NCBI GenBank assembly: GCA_963728205.1
Contig: CAVSIV010000002.1
Location: forward strand, 160,001 to 224,000
DNA from: an uncultured Chloroflexia bacterium
GTDB taxonomy: Bacteria > Chloroflexota > Dehalococcoidia > UBA2979
Direction: 5' to 3'
DNA length: 64,000 bases
The position numbers were made by a program, and so were the translations under genes. The stretch's first letter is position 1. Every line of letters starts with the position of its first letter. The notes beneath the pieces are model-generated. The model searched no databases. It was not told where the DNA came from and saw nothing but the letters and a program-made list of their open reading frames with translations. Positions 38,501-51,439 of the stretch are shown here, piece after piece.

Positions 38501-39742
38501 TCAGACGAAGCGCAGCCAGGCCCACGTCAGTGCGAGCTGCGCGAGCGCCAGCGGGGCGCCGACGCGGGTGAACTCCCAGAAGCCGATGCGCTCGCCGAAC
38601 CGGCGCTCGGCGCCGTCGACGACGATGACGTTGCTCGCGGCGCCGATCAGCGTGAGGTTGCCGGCGAGCGTGCTGCCCGCGGCGAGCGCCATGCGCGCCG
38701 CGGTGCCGCCGGCGGCGGCGTGCAGCGCGGGGAGGTAGAGCGCGACGAGGGGCACGTTCGAGACGAGCTGCGAGAGCGCCGCGCTCGTGGCGAGGATGAC
38801 CGGCGTGCTCGCGACGCGCCCGCCGAGGTGCGCGACGACGTGCGCCGTGACGCCGGCGTGGTTCACGCCGCCGACGACGACGAACAGCGCGGCGAAGAAC
38901 GCGAGCGTCGCCCAGTCGATCCCGCGCACGAGGGCGAGGCGGCGCGGGCTGAGCGCGATGAGCAGCGCGGCGGGGACGAGCGCGATCGCGGTGAGCCGCA
39001 GGTCGAAGCCGCTGCCGGCGGCGACGAGCACGACGCGCGCGCCGACGAGCGCGAGCAGCAGCACGAGCGCCCACGCGGCGAGCCGCGCGAGAGCGGGGTC
39101 GCGGACCGGCGCGGGTGCGTGGACCAGCGCCTCGCCGTGGAAGTCGCCGCGAAACGCGACGCGCAGCGCGAGCCAGGTGAGGGCGAGCGCGCCGGCGGCC
39201 GGCACGGCGAGGTAGCGGGCGAAGTCGACGAAGGGGTTGGCGCCGCCGCCGGCGAGCGCGACGAGGAGGTTCTGCGGGTTGCCGATCGGGCTCGCGACGC
39301 TGCCGGCGGTGACGGCGAACGCGAGCGCGAGCAGCGTGAGGCGCGCCGGCACGCGGTGCGCGCGGGCGAGTGCGACGGCGACGGGCGTGCCGACGATGGC
39401 CAGCGTGTCGTTCATCAGCAGCGCCGACGCGACGCCGGCGCCGACGACGATCAGCGCGACGAGCCCGCCGACGCTCCGCGCGCGCCCGAAGAACCCGCCG
39501 GCGAGGCGGGCGAGGAGCCCGCTCTCCTCGAGCGCGCGCCCGAGCACGAACATGCCGAGGAGAAAGAGCATGACGTCGAGGTCGACGGCGCGCAGGGCGT
39601 CGACTGGGCCGATGCGGCCGGTGAGCAGCATCGCCGTCGCGCCGCCGACGAGGATCTGCCAGATCTGCAGGCGCAGCGTTCCGACCTGCCGCACGGCGAT
39701 CAGGACGACGATGGCCCCGAGGACGAGCAGCGCGACGGTCAC
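38501..39742 (-). CDS. ArsB/NhaD/CitMHS-family anion permease
   Basis: SALLMND, GSVASPIGNPQN, LSQLVSNVP, GSTLAGNLTLIGAASN. Confidence 0.88.
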   Translation of the reverse strand: MTVALLVLGAIVVLIAVRQVGTLRLQIWQILVGGATAMLLTGRIGPVDALRAVDLDVMLFLLGMFVLGRALEESGLLARLAGGFFGRARSVGGLVALIVVGAGVASALLMNDTLAIVGTPVAVALARAHRVPARLTLLALAFAVTAGSVASPIGNPQNLLVALAGGGANPFVDFARYLAVPAAGALALTWLALRVAFRGDFHGEALVHAPAPVRDPALARLAAWALVLLLALVGARVVLVAAGSGFDLRLTAIALVPAALLIALSPRRLALVRGIDWATLAFFAALFVVVGGVNHAGVTAHVVAHLGGRVASTPVILATSAALSQLVSNVPLVALYLPALHAAAGGTAARMALAAGSTLAGNLTLIGAASNVIVVDGAERRFGERIGFWEFTRVGAPLALAQLALTWAWLRFV

Positions 39743-39835
39743 GCGCCGATCATCGGGGGCCGCGCGCTTACGTGGGCGGGATGGCGAGTGCCTCTGGCCG
39801 ACTCCGGCGTCGCCCGCGGCGCGGGCCCCGGGCGG

Positions 39836-40180
39836 CTAGGCGACGAGCGGCAGCCATGGTCCGACGTCGAGCCGGCGTCCGAAGTGGTCGAGCGCGAGGT
39901 GCGCGTCGCGTGCGTCGCACCGCGCGGTCACGGTGACCTGGGCGGCGGCGGCGTGCATCGCCGACCAGCGCGCCCAGGCGAAGCCGCGCTCGTCGGTGAC
40001 GGCGGAGGCGGTGACCGCGTGCGCGCGCGGCGCGAAGGTGGCGTCGCCGGTCAGCGAGAACGTGACCTGGGCGCCGGGGATCGCCCAGCCCGAGCCGTTG
40101 CGTACCGTCGCACGCACCACCCGCGCGCCCGGCTCGCCCGGGCCCGGCTCGATGTCGAACTCGATCGTGGCTTCAGCCAT
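39836..40180 (-). CDS. Small Ig-like (Big_1/invasin-type) domain protein
   Basis: ATVRN..G..IPGAQVTFSL, AVTDERGFA; AGGAG RBS. Confidence 0.55.
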   Translation of the reverse strand: MAEATIEFDIEPGPGEPGARVVRATVRNGSGWAIPGAQVTFSLTGDATFAPRAHAVTASAVTDERGFAWARWSAMHAAAAQVTVTARCDARDAHLALDHFGRRLDVGPWLPLVA

Positions 40181-40232
40181 CTCGCTCCTCCGCTCGTCCG
40201 CCGAGCGCGCGGCAGGCTAGGATGCGCGCCCC

Positions 40233-41003
40233 ATGATCAACAAGGTAGTCCCGACGTTCGACCAGGCCGTTGCCGACGTCCCCGACGGCGCGGTCATCCA
40301 CTTCGGCGGCTTCGCCTCGCCCTTCAACACGCCGAACCTGCTGATCGCCGCGCTCGCGCGGCAGGGCGCGACGGGGCTCACGGCCGTCTCGACGTGGATG
40401 GGGCTGGGCGAGGCGATGGATCGCGAGCGCGCGGCGTCGCTGGCGTCGCTGCTCGACTGGCCGGTCGATAGCTTCGACGTGGGGCGGCTCGCGGAGCTCG
40501 GGCGCATCCGGCACGCGGTCACATCGTTCCCTGTGGCGTCGTCGCCGCGGCAGCGGTCGCCGTTTGAGCACCGGCTGGAGGCGGGGGAGGCGACCGTGGA
40601 GGTGCAGGGCCAGGGCACGATCGCGGAGCGCATCCGCGCGGCGAAGGCCGGGATCGCGGCGTTCTACACGCCGGTAGGGCCGGGGACGTTCGTCGCGGAC
40701 GGCAAGGAGGTGCGCGACTTCGACGGCGTGCCGCACGTGCTGGAGCGCGCGCTGCATGCGGACTTCGCGCTGATCCGCGCGCGAGCCGCCGATCGGCACG
40801 GCAACCTCGCGTACCACGGTCCGCGCACGTTCAACCAGACGATGGCGGGGGCGGCGACCGTGACCATCGCCGAGGTCGACGCGGTGGTGCCGCTCGGCGC
40901 GCTGGAGCCGGACGCGATCCACACGCCGGGCGTCTACGTGCAGCGCGTCGTGGTGCGGCCGGCGACGCCGGTGGCGGCCGCGTCGTGGCGGGAGCCGCGG
41001 TGA
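40233..41003 (+). CDS. Family I CoA-transferase subunit A
   Basis: AVADVPDGA.I.FGGF, QGTIAERIRA..AGI.AFYTP.G, IHTPGVYV. Confidence 0.92.
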   Translation: MINKVVPTFDQAVADVPDGAVIHFGGFASPFNTPNLLIAALARQGATGLTAVSTWMGLGEAMDRERAASLASLLDWPVDSFDVGRLAELGRIRHAVTSFPVASSPRQRSPFEHRLEAGEATVEVQGQGTIAERIRAAKAGIAAFYTPVGPGTFVADGKEVRDFDGVPHVLERALHADFALIRARAADRHGNLAYHGPRTFNQTMAGAATVTIAEVDAVVPLGALEPDAIHTPGVYVQRVVVRPATPVAAASWREPR

Positions 41004-41668
41004 TGGCAGAGCGCCTCGACGAGCCGGTGATGGCGATGGTCGCCGCTCGTGAGTTCTTCGACGGGGCGGTGGTGAACCTCGGCATCGGGTTGCCGCTGCA
41101 GTGCGCGGACGCGGTGCCCGCGGGCATCGAGGTGGTGCTGCATTCCGAGCACGGGCTGCTCGGGTTTGGCGCGGTGGTGCGCGAGCCGGCGCGGGTGGAC
41201 CCGCTGGTGACGCAGGTGGGGAACCAGCCGGTGGAGGCGCAGCCGGGGATGAGCTTCATGAGCCACGACGAGTCGTTCGCGCTGGTGCGCGGCGGGCACG
41301 TCGATATCACCGTGCTCGGGGCGCTGGAGGTCGACCGGGAGGGCAACCTCGCGAACGCGCAGATGCCGGGGAAGGTCGCCGGGAACCTCGGCGGCGGGCC
41401 GGACCTCGCGGCGCGGTCACGGCGGTGCGTGGTACTGACGCACCACACGACGAGCGACGGGACCCCGAAGCTGGTGGAGCGCTGCACGCTGCCGATCACG
41501 GCGCCGCGGTGCGTGGACCGCATCGTCACGGACGTGGCGGTGATCGACGTGGTAGGCGGAGCGTTCGTGCTGCGCGAGGTGGCGCCGGGGTGGACGGTCG
41601 CGGACGTGCAGGCGATCACGGGGGCGCCGCTGGTGGTTGAAGGGGCGGTGGGGGAGATCCGGTTGTAG
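41003..41668 (+). CDS. Family I CoA-transferase subunit B
   Basis: VNLGIGLP, HSEHGLLG (catalytic Glu), RGGHVD..VLGALEVD..GNLAN, CTLPIT. Confidence 0.92.
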   Translation: MAERLDEPVMAMVAAREFFDGAVVNLGIGLPLQCADAVPAGIEVVLHSEHGLLGFGAVVREPARVDPLVTQVGNQPVEAQPGMSFMSHDESFALVRGGHVDITVLGALEVDREGNLANAQMPGKVAGNLGGGPDLAARSRRCVVLTHHTTSDGTPKLVERCTLPITAPRCVDRIVTDVAVIDVVGGAFVLREVAPGWTVADVQAITGAPLVVEGAVGEIRL

Positions 41669-41737
41669 CGCGACCGGCCGGGACGTGTGACCGGCGGGCG
41701 TTGCGCCCGGCGTTCGCCGCCGGGTTGGGCCGGTTGG

Positions 41738-44803
<3,066 letters not shown>

Positions 44804-44862
44804 GCGTCACCTCTGAAAGTTACGGGGGAGTGGGGCGGGCGGCGTCGATCCACATAGCATGT

Positions 44863-44876
44863 CGAACAGCCGTTCG
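44863..44876. promoter_or_regulatory. LexA (SOS/Cheo) box upstream of uvrA
   Basis: CGAAC-AGCC-GTTCG fits the Gram-positive/Chloroflexota GAAC-N4-GTTC consensus; about 60 bp upstream of uvrA. Confidence 0.8.
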
Positions 44877-44976
44877 ATCATCGTATCGCCGCGAGCGGGG
44901 CGTCTCAAGGGGGAACAGGAGCGGGAAGGGGGGAACAGGACGCGAATCGGATCGGTGGCCGGCGCAGGAGGCCGGC

Positions 44977-45409
44977 TCAGCGGTCGTCGAGGGGGATGTC
45001 CTCGCCGGGGGGTGGGGGTTCGTCGTCGTCGGGTCCAAAGAGGCCGCGCAGCTCGGGGGGAAGCTCGCCGCCCATGGCCTCGATTCTGGCGCCGCAGCTC
45101 GGACTCGACCTGCTGCATCTGCTCCTCGGTGACGCCCATCTGCGAGAGCGTGTCGCGGAGCAGTCGCTGGACCTCCGCGCCATCACCGCGGATCAGCGCG
45201 TCCGCGATCTCGAGCTGTGTCTCGATCGCGCGGAAGCGTTCGCGGCGTTCCGTGGTGTTCTCGGTGGAGAGGATGGTGGAGAGCAGCTTGGTGAAGAGGT
45301 TGGCCGTGCGCGCGATGCGCACGCGCTCCTCGGGATCGGCCGGGAAGTCCCCGCGGATCGTGATCTGCAGGCCGGTGCGGGGGTCGGTGGCGCTGTATTC
45401 CTGGGCCAT
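44977..45409 (-). CDS. Hypothetical helical protein (frameshift near 45085)
   Basis: MAQEYSATDPRTGLQITIRGDFP... with AGGTGAG RBS; continues as IEAMGGELPPELRGLFG...DDR in the adjacent frame. Confidence 0.7.
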
Positions 45410-45676
45410 CTCACCTGCCGAACGGATGCGGACGGTGGGGGCGCTGCGCCGTCGTGACGTAGTGCGCGGCGCTACTTCGATATCGTAGCGCCAAGCTGCA
45501 GGCGGGTCTCCCCGTCCGCGCCCCGGTGCTCCGGCGCCGCGGGACGCGGACAGCGGAGGCGCCGCCCGCCGTCGTCCGTGTGACTTGGTCTCCAGGGGTG
45601 CGGGAGGACGCCGCGATCGCCCGCTATGCTCCGTTGCGGAAGCCCGACGCTGCAGGGGCTGTGATCGAGGTGTGCG

Positions 45677-46357
45677 GTGGCCGCGCTGACGCTCGCCGAT
45701 CTGGTGCGCAACGGGACCATGTCGCCGTCGATCGCGGCCACGCTGGCGACCGCCGGCGAGGAGCGCCGGTCGATCCTGCTGATCGCGATCCCGCGCATGG
45801 CGGGCAAGACGACGACGATGCACGCCACGCTCGCCCACGCGCCGAGCGGCACGATGTTCCACCAGTTGTCGGAGGCGGCGGGGCCCGGGCTCGGGATCCC
45901 CGAAGCCGGCGACGGCGGCTACCTGCTGATGTCCGAGATCGCGCAAGCCTCGTTTGCCGAGTACCTGTGGGGCGAGCCAGTGCGCCGGGCGTTTGCCGCA
46001 CTCGAGCGGGGGTTCTCGCTTGCGACCGCGCTGCATGCCGGCGGGGTGGACGAAGCGTTCGACGTGATCTGCCGCAGCAACGGCGTCTCTGACGCCGACG
46101 CGGCGCGGATCGACCTCGCGGTGTATCTCAGGAGCATCGGTCCGTGGCGCGAGCCGTCGGCTCGACGTGTCGCGACGGTGCACGAGATCGTTGGTGTGAC
46201 CGGCGGTCGTCCGCTCACCCGGACGCTGCACCGCTGGGACGAGGCCGCGGATCGCTTCGACGACATCGAGGCGCCGGAGCGCGTCGGCTCCGCGGACGGC
46301 GACCTCGTCGCGTTGCGCGCGGCGTTCGAGGCGGCGGCGCGCGGCGGGCGCGGATAG
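45677..46357 (+). CDS. VirB11/CpaF/FlaI-like ATPase domain lacking the N-terminal domain
   Basis: LADLVRNGTMS, variant Walker A PRMAGKTT, Walker B-like YLLMSEI, His box TALHA, RRVATVHEI, RWD; GAGGTG RBS. Confidence 0.7.
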   Translation: MAALTLADLVRNGTMSPSIAATLATAGEERRSILLIAIPRMAGKTTTMHATLAHAPSGTMFHQLSEAAGPGLGIPEAGDGGYLLMSEIAQASFAEYLWGEPVRRAFAALERGFSLATALHAGGVDEAFDVICRSNGVSDADAARIDLAVYLRSIGPWREPSARRVATVHEIVGVTGGRPLTRTLHRWDEAADRFDDIEAPERVGSADGDLVALRAAFEAAARGGRG

Positions 46358-46369
46358 GCGCAGCGGGGC

Positions 46370-47095
46370 GTGTTCCCGATCCGCGACCTGGCGCCGACGC
46401 GTGTGTTCCCCGCCGTCACGCTGCTGCTGGTCGCCGTGAACGTCATCGTGTTCGTCGGCTGGGAACCGCTCACCAACGCGGGTGACCAGGCGGCGTTCCT
46501 CTACCAGCACGCCGCGATCGCGTGTGAGTTGACCACGGGCCACGCGCTCACCCTCGGCGAGTACCGGTCGGGTGCTTGTGCGGCGAGCGGCGTGGGGCCG
46601 GCGCTCTTCCCGGCGAAAGTGCTGCTGCTCTCGGTCGTGGTGTCGCTCTTCCTGCACGCGAACATCGTCCATCTGCTGGGGAACATGTGGTTCCTCTGGA
46701 TCTTTGGGAACAACGTCGAGGAGGCGTTCGGACGTGTCGCGTACGTGGCGATGTACCTCGTCGGCGGAATCGTCGCGACGCTCGGGTGGGTCGTCGCCAA
46801 CCCGACGAGCCTCGACCCGATGATCGGCGCGTCGGGAGCGATCGCCGCGGTGCTCGGGGCGTACCTCGTGCTGTTCCCGCGCAACCTCGTCGTGAGCCTG
46901 ATCGTGTTCTACGTCGTGCCGATCCCGGCGGTGGTGTTTCTCGGTCTGTGGTTCGTCGCACAGTTCGCGCTGGCACAGCCGGGGGTCGCATGGCAGGCGC
47001 ACGTCGCGGGGTTTGTCTTCGGCGTCGCGATCGCGCTCGTGTTCCGGCAGGCGCTGGTGCGGCGCGCGCGCCGCCCGGCGGCCGCGCGAGGGTAG
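46370..47095 (+). CDS. Rhomboid intramembrane serine protease
   Basis: FLHA..HLLGNMWFL, GASG catalytic Ser, AHVAG catalytic His. Confidence 0.93.
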   Translation: MFPIRDLAPTRVFPAVTLLLVAVNVIVFVGWEPLTNAGDQAAFLYQHAAIACELTTGHALTLGEYRSGACAASGVGPALFPAKVLLLSVVVSLFLHANIVHLLGNMWFLWIFGNNVEEAFGRVAYVAMYLVGGIVATLGWVVANPTSLDPMIGASGAIAAVLGAYLVLFPRNLVVSLIVFYVVPIPAVVFLGLWFVAQFALAQPGVAWQAHVAGFVFGVAIALVFRQALVRRARRPAAARG

Positions 47096-47216
47096 CTCGT
47101 GACGACTCGCCGCCGTCCTGTTCACGTGGCCCGCGCCGGCCGCGCGGAAGCGGCACCCCGCGTGCCGGGCACGCGGGCGCCGGGTCGGCACAGCATCCAC
47201 GCCCGGCACGCACGAA

Positions 47217-47246
47217 GAAGGGGCCCCGCAAACGCGGAGCCCCTTC
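47217..47246 (-). terminator. Hairpin after solute-binding protein 1
   Basis: GAAGGGGCCCCGC-AAAC-GCGGAGCCCCTTC. Confidence 0.65.
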
Positions 47247-47268
47247 AGCCGGGAGCGGTGGGCTTCCC

Positions 47269-49080
47269 TTACGCGGTGAACCAGCGGAACGGCAGACCCT
47301 CAGTCGCGATGCCGTAACCGCGGGTCTGGATCACGCCGCGCACCTTCGACTGGTACGCGGTCCAGCCGGTGCCGGCGCCGGCCTGGCTGGGGACGTAGTA
47401 CATGTGCTCGTCGTTGATCTGCTGGATCTGGTAGATGTAGGCCTTCCGCTTCGCCTCATCCAGCTCGGCCTGCTGCTTCTTCGCCAGGTCCGTGATCTGC
47501 GCGTCGGACACGCGGCCGTGGTTGGCCGGGTCGTCGCCGAAGAGGCGGGGGAAGTAGCCGGAGACCTCCGGGAACGGCGTCTCGTACCCGAATGCCACAC
47601 CGTGGAAGTCGCCCCGGAAGGTGTGGGTGATGTACTTCGACGTGTAGTCCTCGGTGACGGTGTTCGGCTTGAGTCCGATGGCCTGCATGTAGTTCCCGAT
47701 CGCCTCGGCGATGTTGGTGAACGTCGTGCCGTAAACCGTCGGCGAGTAGTGGTAGTCGAACTCCGTGCCGTCGAGACCGGCCGCCGCGAGCAGCTTCTTC
47801 GCGTCGTCCGGCGTGTACTTGAAGTACTTTGCGCTGTCGCCCTGTTCCGAGGACTGGGGGTCCAGCCACCAGCGAGCGAAGCCCGCGGGGATCACGTTGT
47901 TCCAGGTCGTGGCGGGGCTGAGGCCCGCGGCCTGCAGCTTCTTCACGTTGTAGGAGAGGTCGAGCAGGGCGTCGCGGTCCTGGCACATCGAGATCGCCTG
48001 GCGGAAGCGCTCGTCGCGCCACGCCCCCTTCGGGTCCTGCTCCTCGGACGAGAAGTAGCAGTGCGAGAGCAGCGCCGACTGCGTGCCGAGCCACTGCACA
48101 TCCTGCTGCTGGCTGCGCAGCGTGAGGACGTCGTTGGCGTTGATGCCGGCCTCGTCGAGGTTGCCGGCCTGGAACTGCGCCAGTCGGTTGGCGTACTCCG
48201 GGATGATCGAGACCTCGACGCCGTCGGTGTAGGGCAGGCCCTTGACGACCCAGTCCGGGTTCTTCTCGTAGGTGAAGCCCTGGGACGGGGCGTAGTTCTT
48301 CATGACCCACGGCCCGGTGCCGATCATCTGCTGCTTCAGGTCGAACCCGCCGTCGGCCTCCTTGGGCAGGACGAACAGCTTGTTGGTGTCGGCGAGGTCG
48401 TCGAGGAAGTCGGCGCTCGGGAAGTCGAGCGTGAACTTCAGGGTGTGGTCGTCGACGGCCTCAACCTTGTTCCAGCCGGCGGACTTCACGAGTGAGGCGC
48501 CCGGGGAGTCCGCGCCGCTGAGTCGCTCCCAGGAGAAGACGACATCGGCCGAGGTCATCTCGCGGCCGTTGACGGGGGCGATGTTGTGGAACTTGACGCC
48601 CTGCTTGAGCTTGACGGTCCAGTGCTGGCCGTCGGTGGACTCGGCGCTCTCGGCGACGTCCGGCTCGACGCCGACGGCCCACGGGTTGGCACCGGCGCGG
48701 GCTGCGACCTTGTAGAGGCGGCTGTAGCTGAAGGCGGCCGTGCCCTTGGTGAGGAAGCTGAGGTTGCCGTACGGGTCGATGGTCGGCGGGTCGTTGGTGG
48801 TGACGTACCGGTAGGTGCCGCCGGTGTTCGGCTTGGCCGCCGCCGCCGTGCCCGCGGCGGTGGCCGCGGCCGTCGCGCTGCCGCCCGCCGCCTGCGTGGC
48901 GGCCCCGCCGGCCGGCGTCGCGGTGGCGTTGCTGCTGCTGCCGCAGCCGATCAGCGCCGCTCCGGCGAGCCCCGCGCCCGCGATACCCGTGCCGCGCAGC
49001 ACGGCGCGACGCGAGAGACCGCGCGTCCGCGCGACGCGGGCCCACGTGGACGCGCGACCAGTCGCGCTGTGGTCCGACAT
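47269..49080 (-). CDS. ABC transporter family-5 solute-binding lipoprotein, Tat signal (paralog 1)
   Basis: SRRAVL twin-Arg, lipobox LIGC, LKQGVKFH, GTGPW, DERFRQAIS; GGAGG RBS. Confidence 0.92.
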   Translation of the reverse strand: MSDHSATGRASTWARVARTRGLSRRAVLRGTGIAGAGLAGAALIGCGSSSNATATPAGGAATQAAGGSATAAATAAGTAAAAKPNTGGTYRYVTTNDPPTIDPYGNLSFLTKGTAAFSYSRLYKVAARAGANPWAVGVEPDVAESAESTDGQHWTVKLKQGVKFHNIAPVNGREMTSADVVFSWERLSGADSPGASLVKSAGWNKVEAVDDHTLKFTLDFPSADFLDDLADTNKLFVLPKEADGGFDLKQQMIGTGPWVMKNYAPSQGFTYEKNPDWVVKGLPYTDGVEVSIIPEYANRLAQFQAGNLDEAGINANDVLTLRSQQQDVQWLGTQSALLSHCYFSSEEQDPKGAWRDERFRQAISMCQDRDALLDLSYNVKKLQAAGLSPATTWNNVIPAGFARWWLDPQSSEQGDSAKYFKYTPDDAKKLLAAAGLDGTEFDYHYSPTVYGTTFTNIAEAIGNYMQAIGLKPNTVTEDYTSKYITHTFRGDFHGVAFGYETPFPEVSGYFPRLFGDDPANHGRVSDAQITDLAKKQQAELDEAKRKAYIYQIQQINDEHMYYVPSQAGAGTGWTAYQSKVRGVIQTRGYGIATEGLPFRWFTA

Positions 49081-49329
49081 ATCCAGTTCCCTCCTCCGTG
49101 GCGACGCGAGGTCTCATCGTGGCAGAGTGCCGGTCGATGCGACGGACCCTCGGACGCCGTCTGTAATGGATGGGCACGATTATGCCGGTGAATCGCACAC
49201 GGAATAGTGTCCGATATTACCGGACAGGTATGACATCAAATATGAGTCCAGGTGAGGCTGCGTCATCGTGCAGACACTGCGGCGCGCTGCGCCAGCGAGC
49301 GTCGCGGGGCCGTGATCGCCGGACACAGC

Positions 49330-49365
49330 GAAGGCCCCGCACCGGCGGGGCCTTCGGTCTCGTCG
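49330..49365 (-). terminator. Hairpin after solute-binding protein 2 (duplicated at 51388-51423)
   Basis: GAAGGCCCCGC-ACCG-GCGGGGCCTTC-GGTCTCGTCG. Confidence 0.7.
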
Positions 49366-49380
49366 CCGCGAAGGCGACGG

Positions 49381-51180
49381 CTAGGAGGTGAGCCAGCGGT
49401 ACGCGAGCTCTTCGGTCGCCTGGCCGTAGCCGCGCGTCTGCTGCACGCCACGGACCTGCGACAGGTACGCGGTCCAGCCCGTGCCGGCGCCGGCCTGGCT
49501 GGGCACGTAATACATGTGCTCGTCGTTGATCTGCTGAATCTGGTAGATGTAGCCCTTCCGCTTGGTCTCATCCAACTCGGCCTGCTGCTTGCCCATCAGG
49601 TCCGTGATCATCGGGTCGGAGACCTTGCCGTGGTTGGCCGGGTCGTTGCCGAAGAGCCGCGGGAAGTAGCCGGAGACCTCGGGGAACGGCGTCTCGTAGC
49701 CGAAGGCGACGCCGTGGAAGTCACCCGTGAACGTGTGGGTGATGTACTTCGACGTGTAGTCCTCGGTGACGGTGTTCGGCTTGAGGCCGATGGCCTGCAT
49801 GTAGTTGCCGATCGCCTCGGCGATGTTGGTGAACGTCGTGCCGTAGACCGTCGGCGAGTAGTGGTAATCGAACTGTGTGCCGTCGAGACCGGCCGCCGAG
49901 AGCAGCTTCTTCGCGTCGTCCGGGGTGTACTTGAAGTACTTCGCGCTGTCGCCCTGGTCCGACGACTGGGGGTCGAGCCACCAGCGGGCGAAGCCCGCGG
50001 GGATCACGTTGTTCCACGTGGTGGCGGGGCTCAGGCCGGCAGCCTGCAGCTTCTTCACGTTGTACGAGAGGTCCAGCAACGCGTCGCGGTCCTGGCACAT
50101 CGAGATCGCCTGGCGGAAGCGCTCATCGCGCCACGCGGCTTTCGGGTCCTGCTGCTCCGATGAGAAGTAGCAGTGCGAGAGCAGCGCCGACTGGGTGCCG
50201 AGCCATTGCACGTCCTTCTGCTGGCTGCGCAGCGTCAGGACGTCGTTCGCATTGATGCCGGCCTCGTGCAGGTTCCCGGCCTGGAACTGCGCCAGTCGGT
50301 TGGCGTACTCCGGGATGATCGCGACGTCGACGGCGTCCGTGTAGGGCAGGCCCTTGACGACCCAGTCGGGGTTCTTCGTGAACGCGAACGACTGCGACGG
50401 GGTGTAGTTCTTCATCACCCACGGGCCGGTGCCGATCATCTGCTGCTTCGGCTCGAAGCCGCCGTCGGCTTCCTTCGGCATCACGTAGAGCTTGTTCGTG
50501 TCGGCGAGGTCGTCGAGGAAGTCGGCGCTCGGGAAGTCGAGCGTGAACTTCACGGTGTGGTCGTCGACGGCCTCGACCTTGTTCCAGCCGGCGGACTTCA
50601 CAAGGGAGGCGCCCGGCGAGGCCGGGTCGCTCAGTCGCTTGTAGGAGAAGACGACGTCGTCTGAGGTCATCTCGCGCCCGTTGACCGGCGCGATGTTGTG
50701 GAACTTGACGCCCTGCTTGAGCTTGACGGTCCAGTGCTGGCCGTCGGTGGACTCGGCGCTCTCCGCGATGTCGGGCTCGACTCCGACGGCCCACGGGTTC
50801 GCGCCCGAGCGGGCCGCGACCTTGTAGAGGCGGCTGTACGAGAAGTTCGCGGAGCCCTTGGTGAGGAAGCTGAGGTTCCCGTAGGGGTCGATCGTCGGCG
50901 GGTCGTTGGTGATCACGTACTTGTACGTGCCGCCCGTCTTCGGCTGCGCAGCCGCCGCGGTACCGGCCGCAGTTGCGCTGGCTCCGGCCGCGGCGGTGCC
51001 GGCCGACGCCGTGACGACAGGGGTGGCCGTCGCGTTGTTGCTGCTGCCGCATCCGATCAGCGCGGCGCCGGCGAGTCCGGCCCCCGCGATGCCGGAACTG
51101 CGGAGCAGGCTCCTGCGCGAGATCGCGCGCGATCTCGCCCTGGCCCAGGCGGTGTGCTGTCCGGCCCTGACTTCGTCCAC
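49381..51180 (-). CDS. ABC transporter family-5 solute-binding lipoprotein, Tat signal (paralog 2)
   Basis: SRRSLL, LIGC; nearly identical to paralogs 1 and 3. Confidence 0.92.
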   Translation of the reverse strand: MDEVRAGQHTAWARARSRAISRRSLLRSSGIAGAGLAGAALIGCGSSNNATATPVVTASAGTAAAGASATAAGTAAAAQPKTGGTYKYVITNDPPTIDPYGNLSFLTKGSANFSYSRLYKVAARSGANPWAVGVEPDIAESAESTDGQHWTVKLKQGVKFHNIAPVNGREMTSDDVVFSYKRLSDPASPGASLVKSAGWNKVEAVDDHTVKFTLDFPSADFLDDLADTNKLYVMPKEADGGFEPKQQMIGTGPWVMKNYTPSQSFAFTKNPDWVVKGLPYTDAVDVAIIPEYANRLAQFQAGNLHEAGINANDVLTLRSQQKDVQWLGTQSALLSHCYFSSEQQDPKAAWRDERFRQAISMCQDRDALLDLSYNVKKLQAAGLSPATTWNNVIPAGFARWWLDPQSSDQGDSAKYFKYTPDDAKKLLSAAGLDGTQFDYHYSPTVYGTTFTNIAEAIGNYMQAIGLKPNTVTEDYTSKYITHTFTGDFHGVAFGYETPFPEVSGYFPRLFGNDPANHGKVSDPMITDLMGKQQAELDETKRKGYIYQIQQINDEHMYYVPSQAGAGTGWTAYLSQVRGVQQTRGYGQATEELAYRWLTS

Positions 51181-51387
51181 TTCCAGTTCCCTCCTCGTGG
51201 CGGCGCGGCGCGGCCGTGATCCCGTGCGGGAGGCGGCGCCGTGACGCCGAACGTGATGGCGCGATGATTCGTTTTGTCATCGCATCACGGAATCTTGTCA
51301 TATGAACCATGAAACATACAACCTGTCTGTTGGTTCACACGCCGACGCCGCAGCCGCCTAGTCACGGGACGACCGCGGGGCAACGGA

Positions 51388-51423
51388 AAGGCCCCGCACG
51401 AGGCGGGGCCTTCGGTCTCGTCG
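51388..51423 (-). terminator. Hairpin after solute-binding protein 3
   Basis: AAGGCCCCGC-ACGAG-GCGGGGCCTTC-GGTCTCGTCG. Confidence 0.7.
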
Positions 51424-51439
51424 ACCCGGGGGCTGACGG

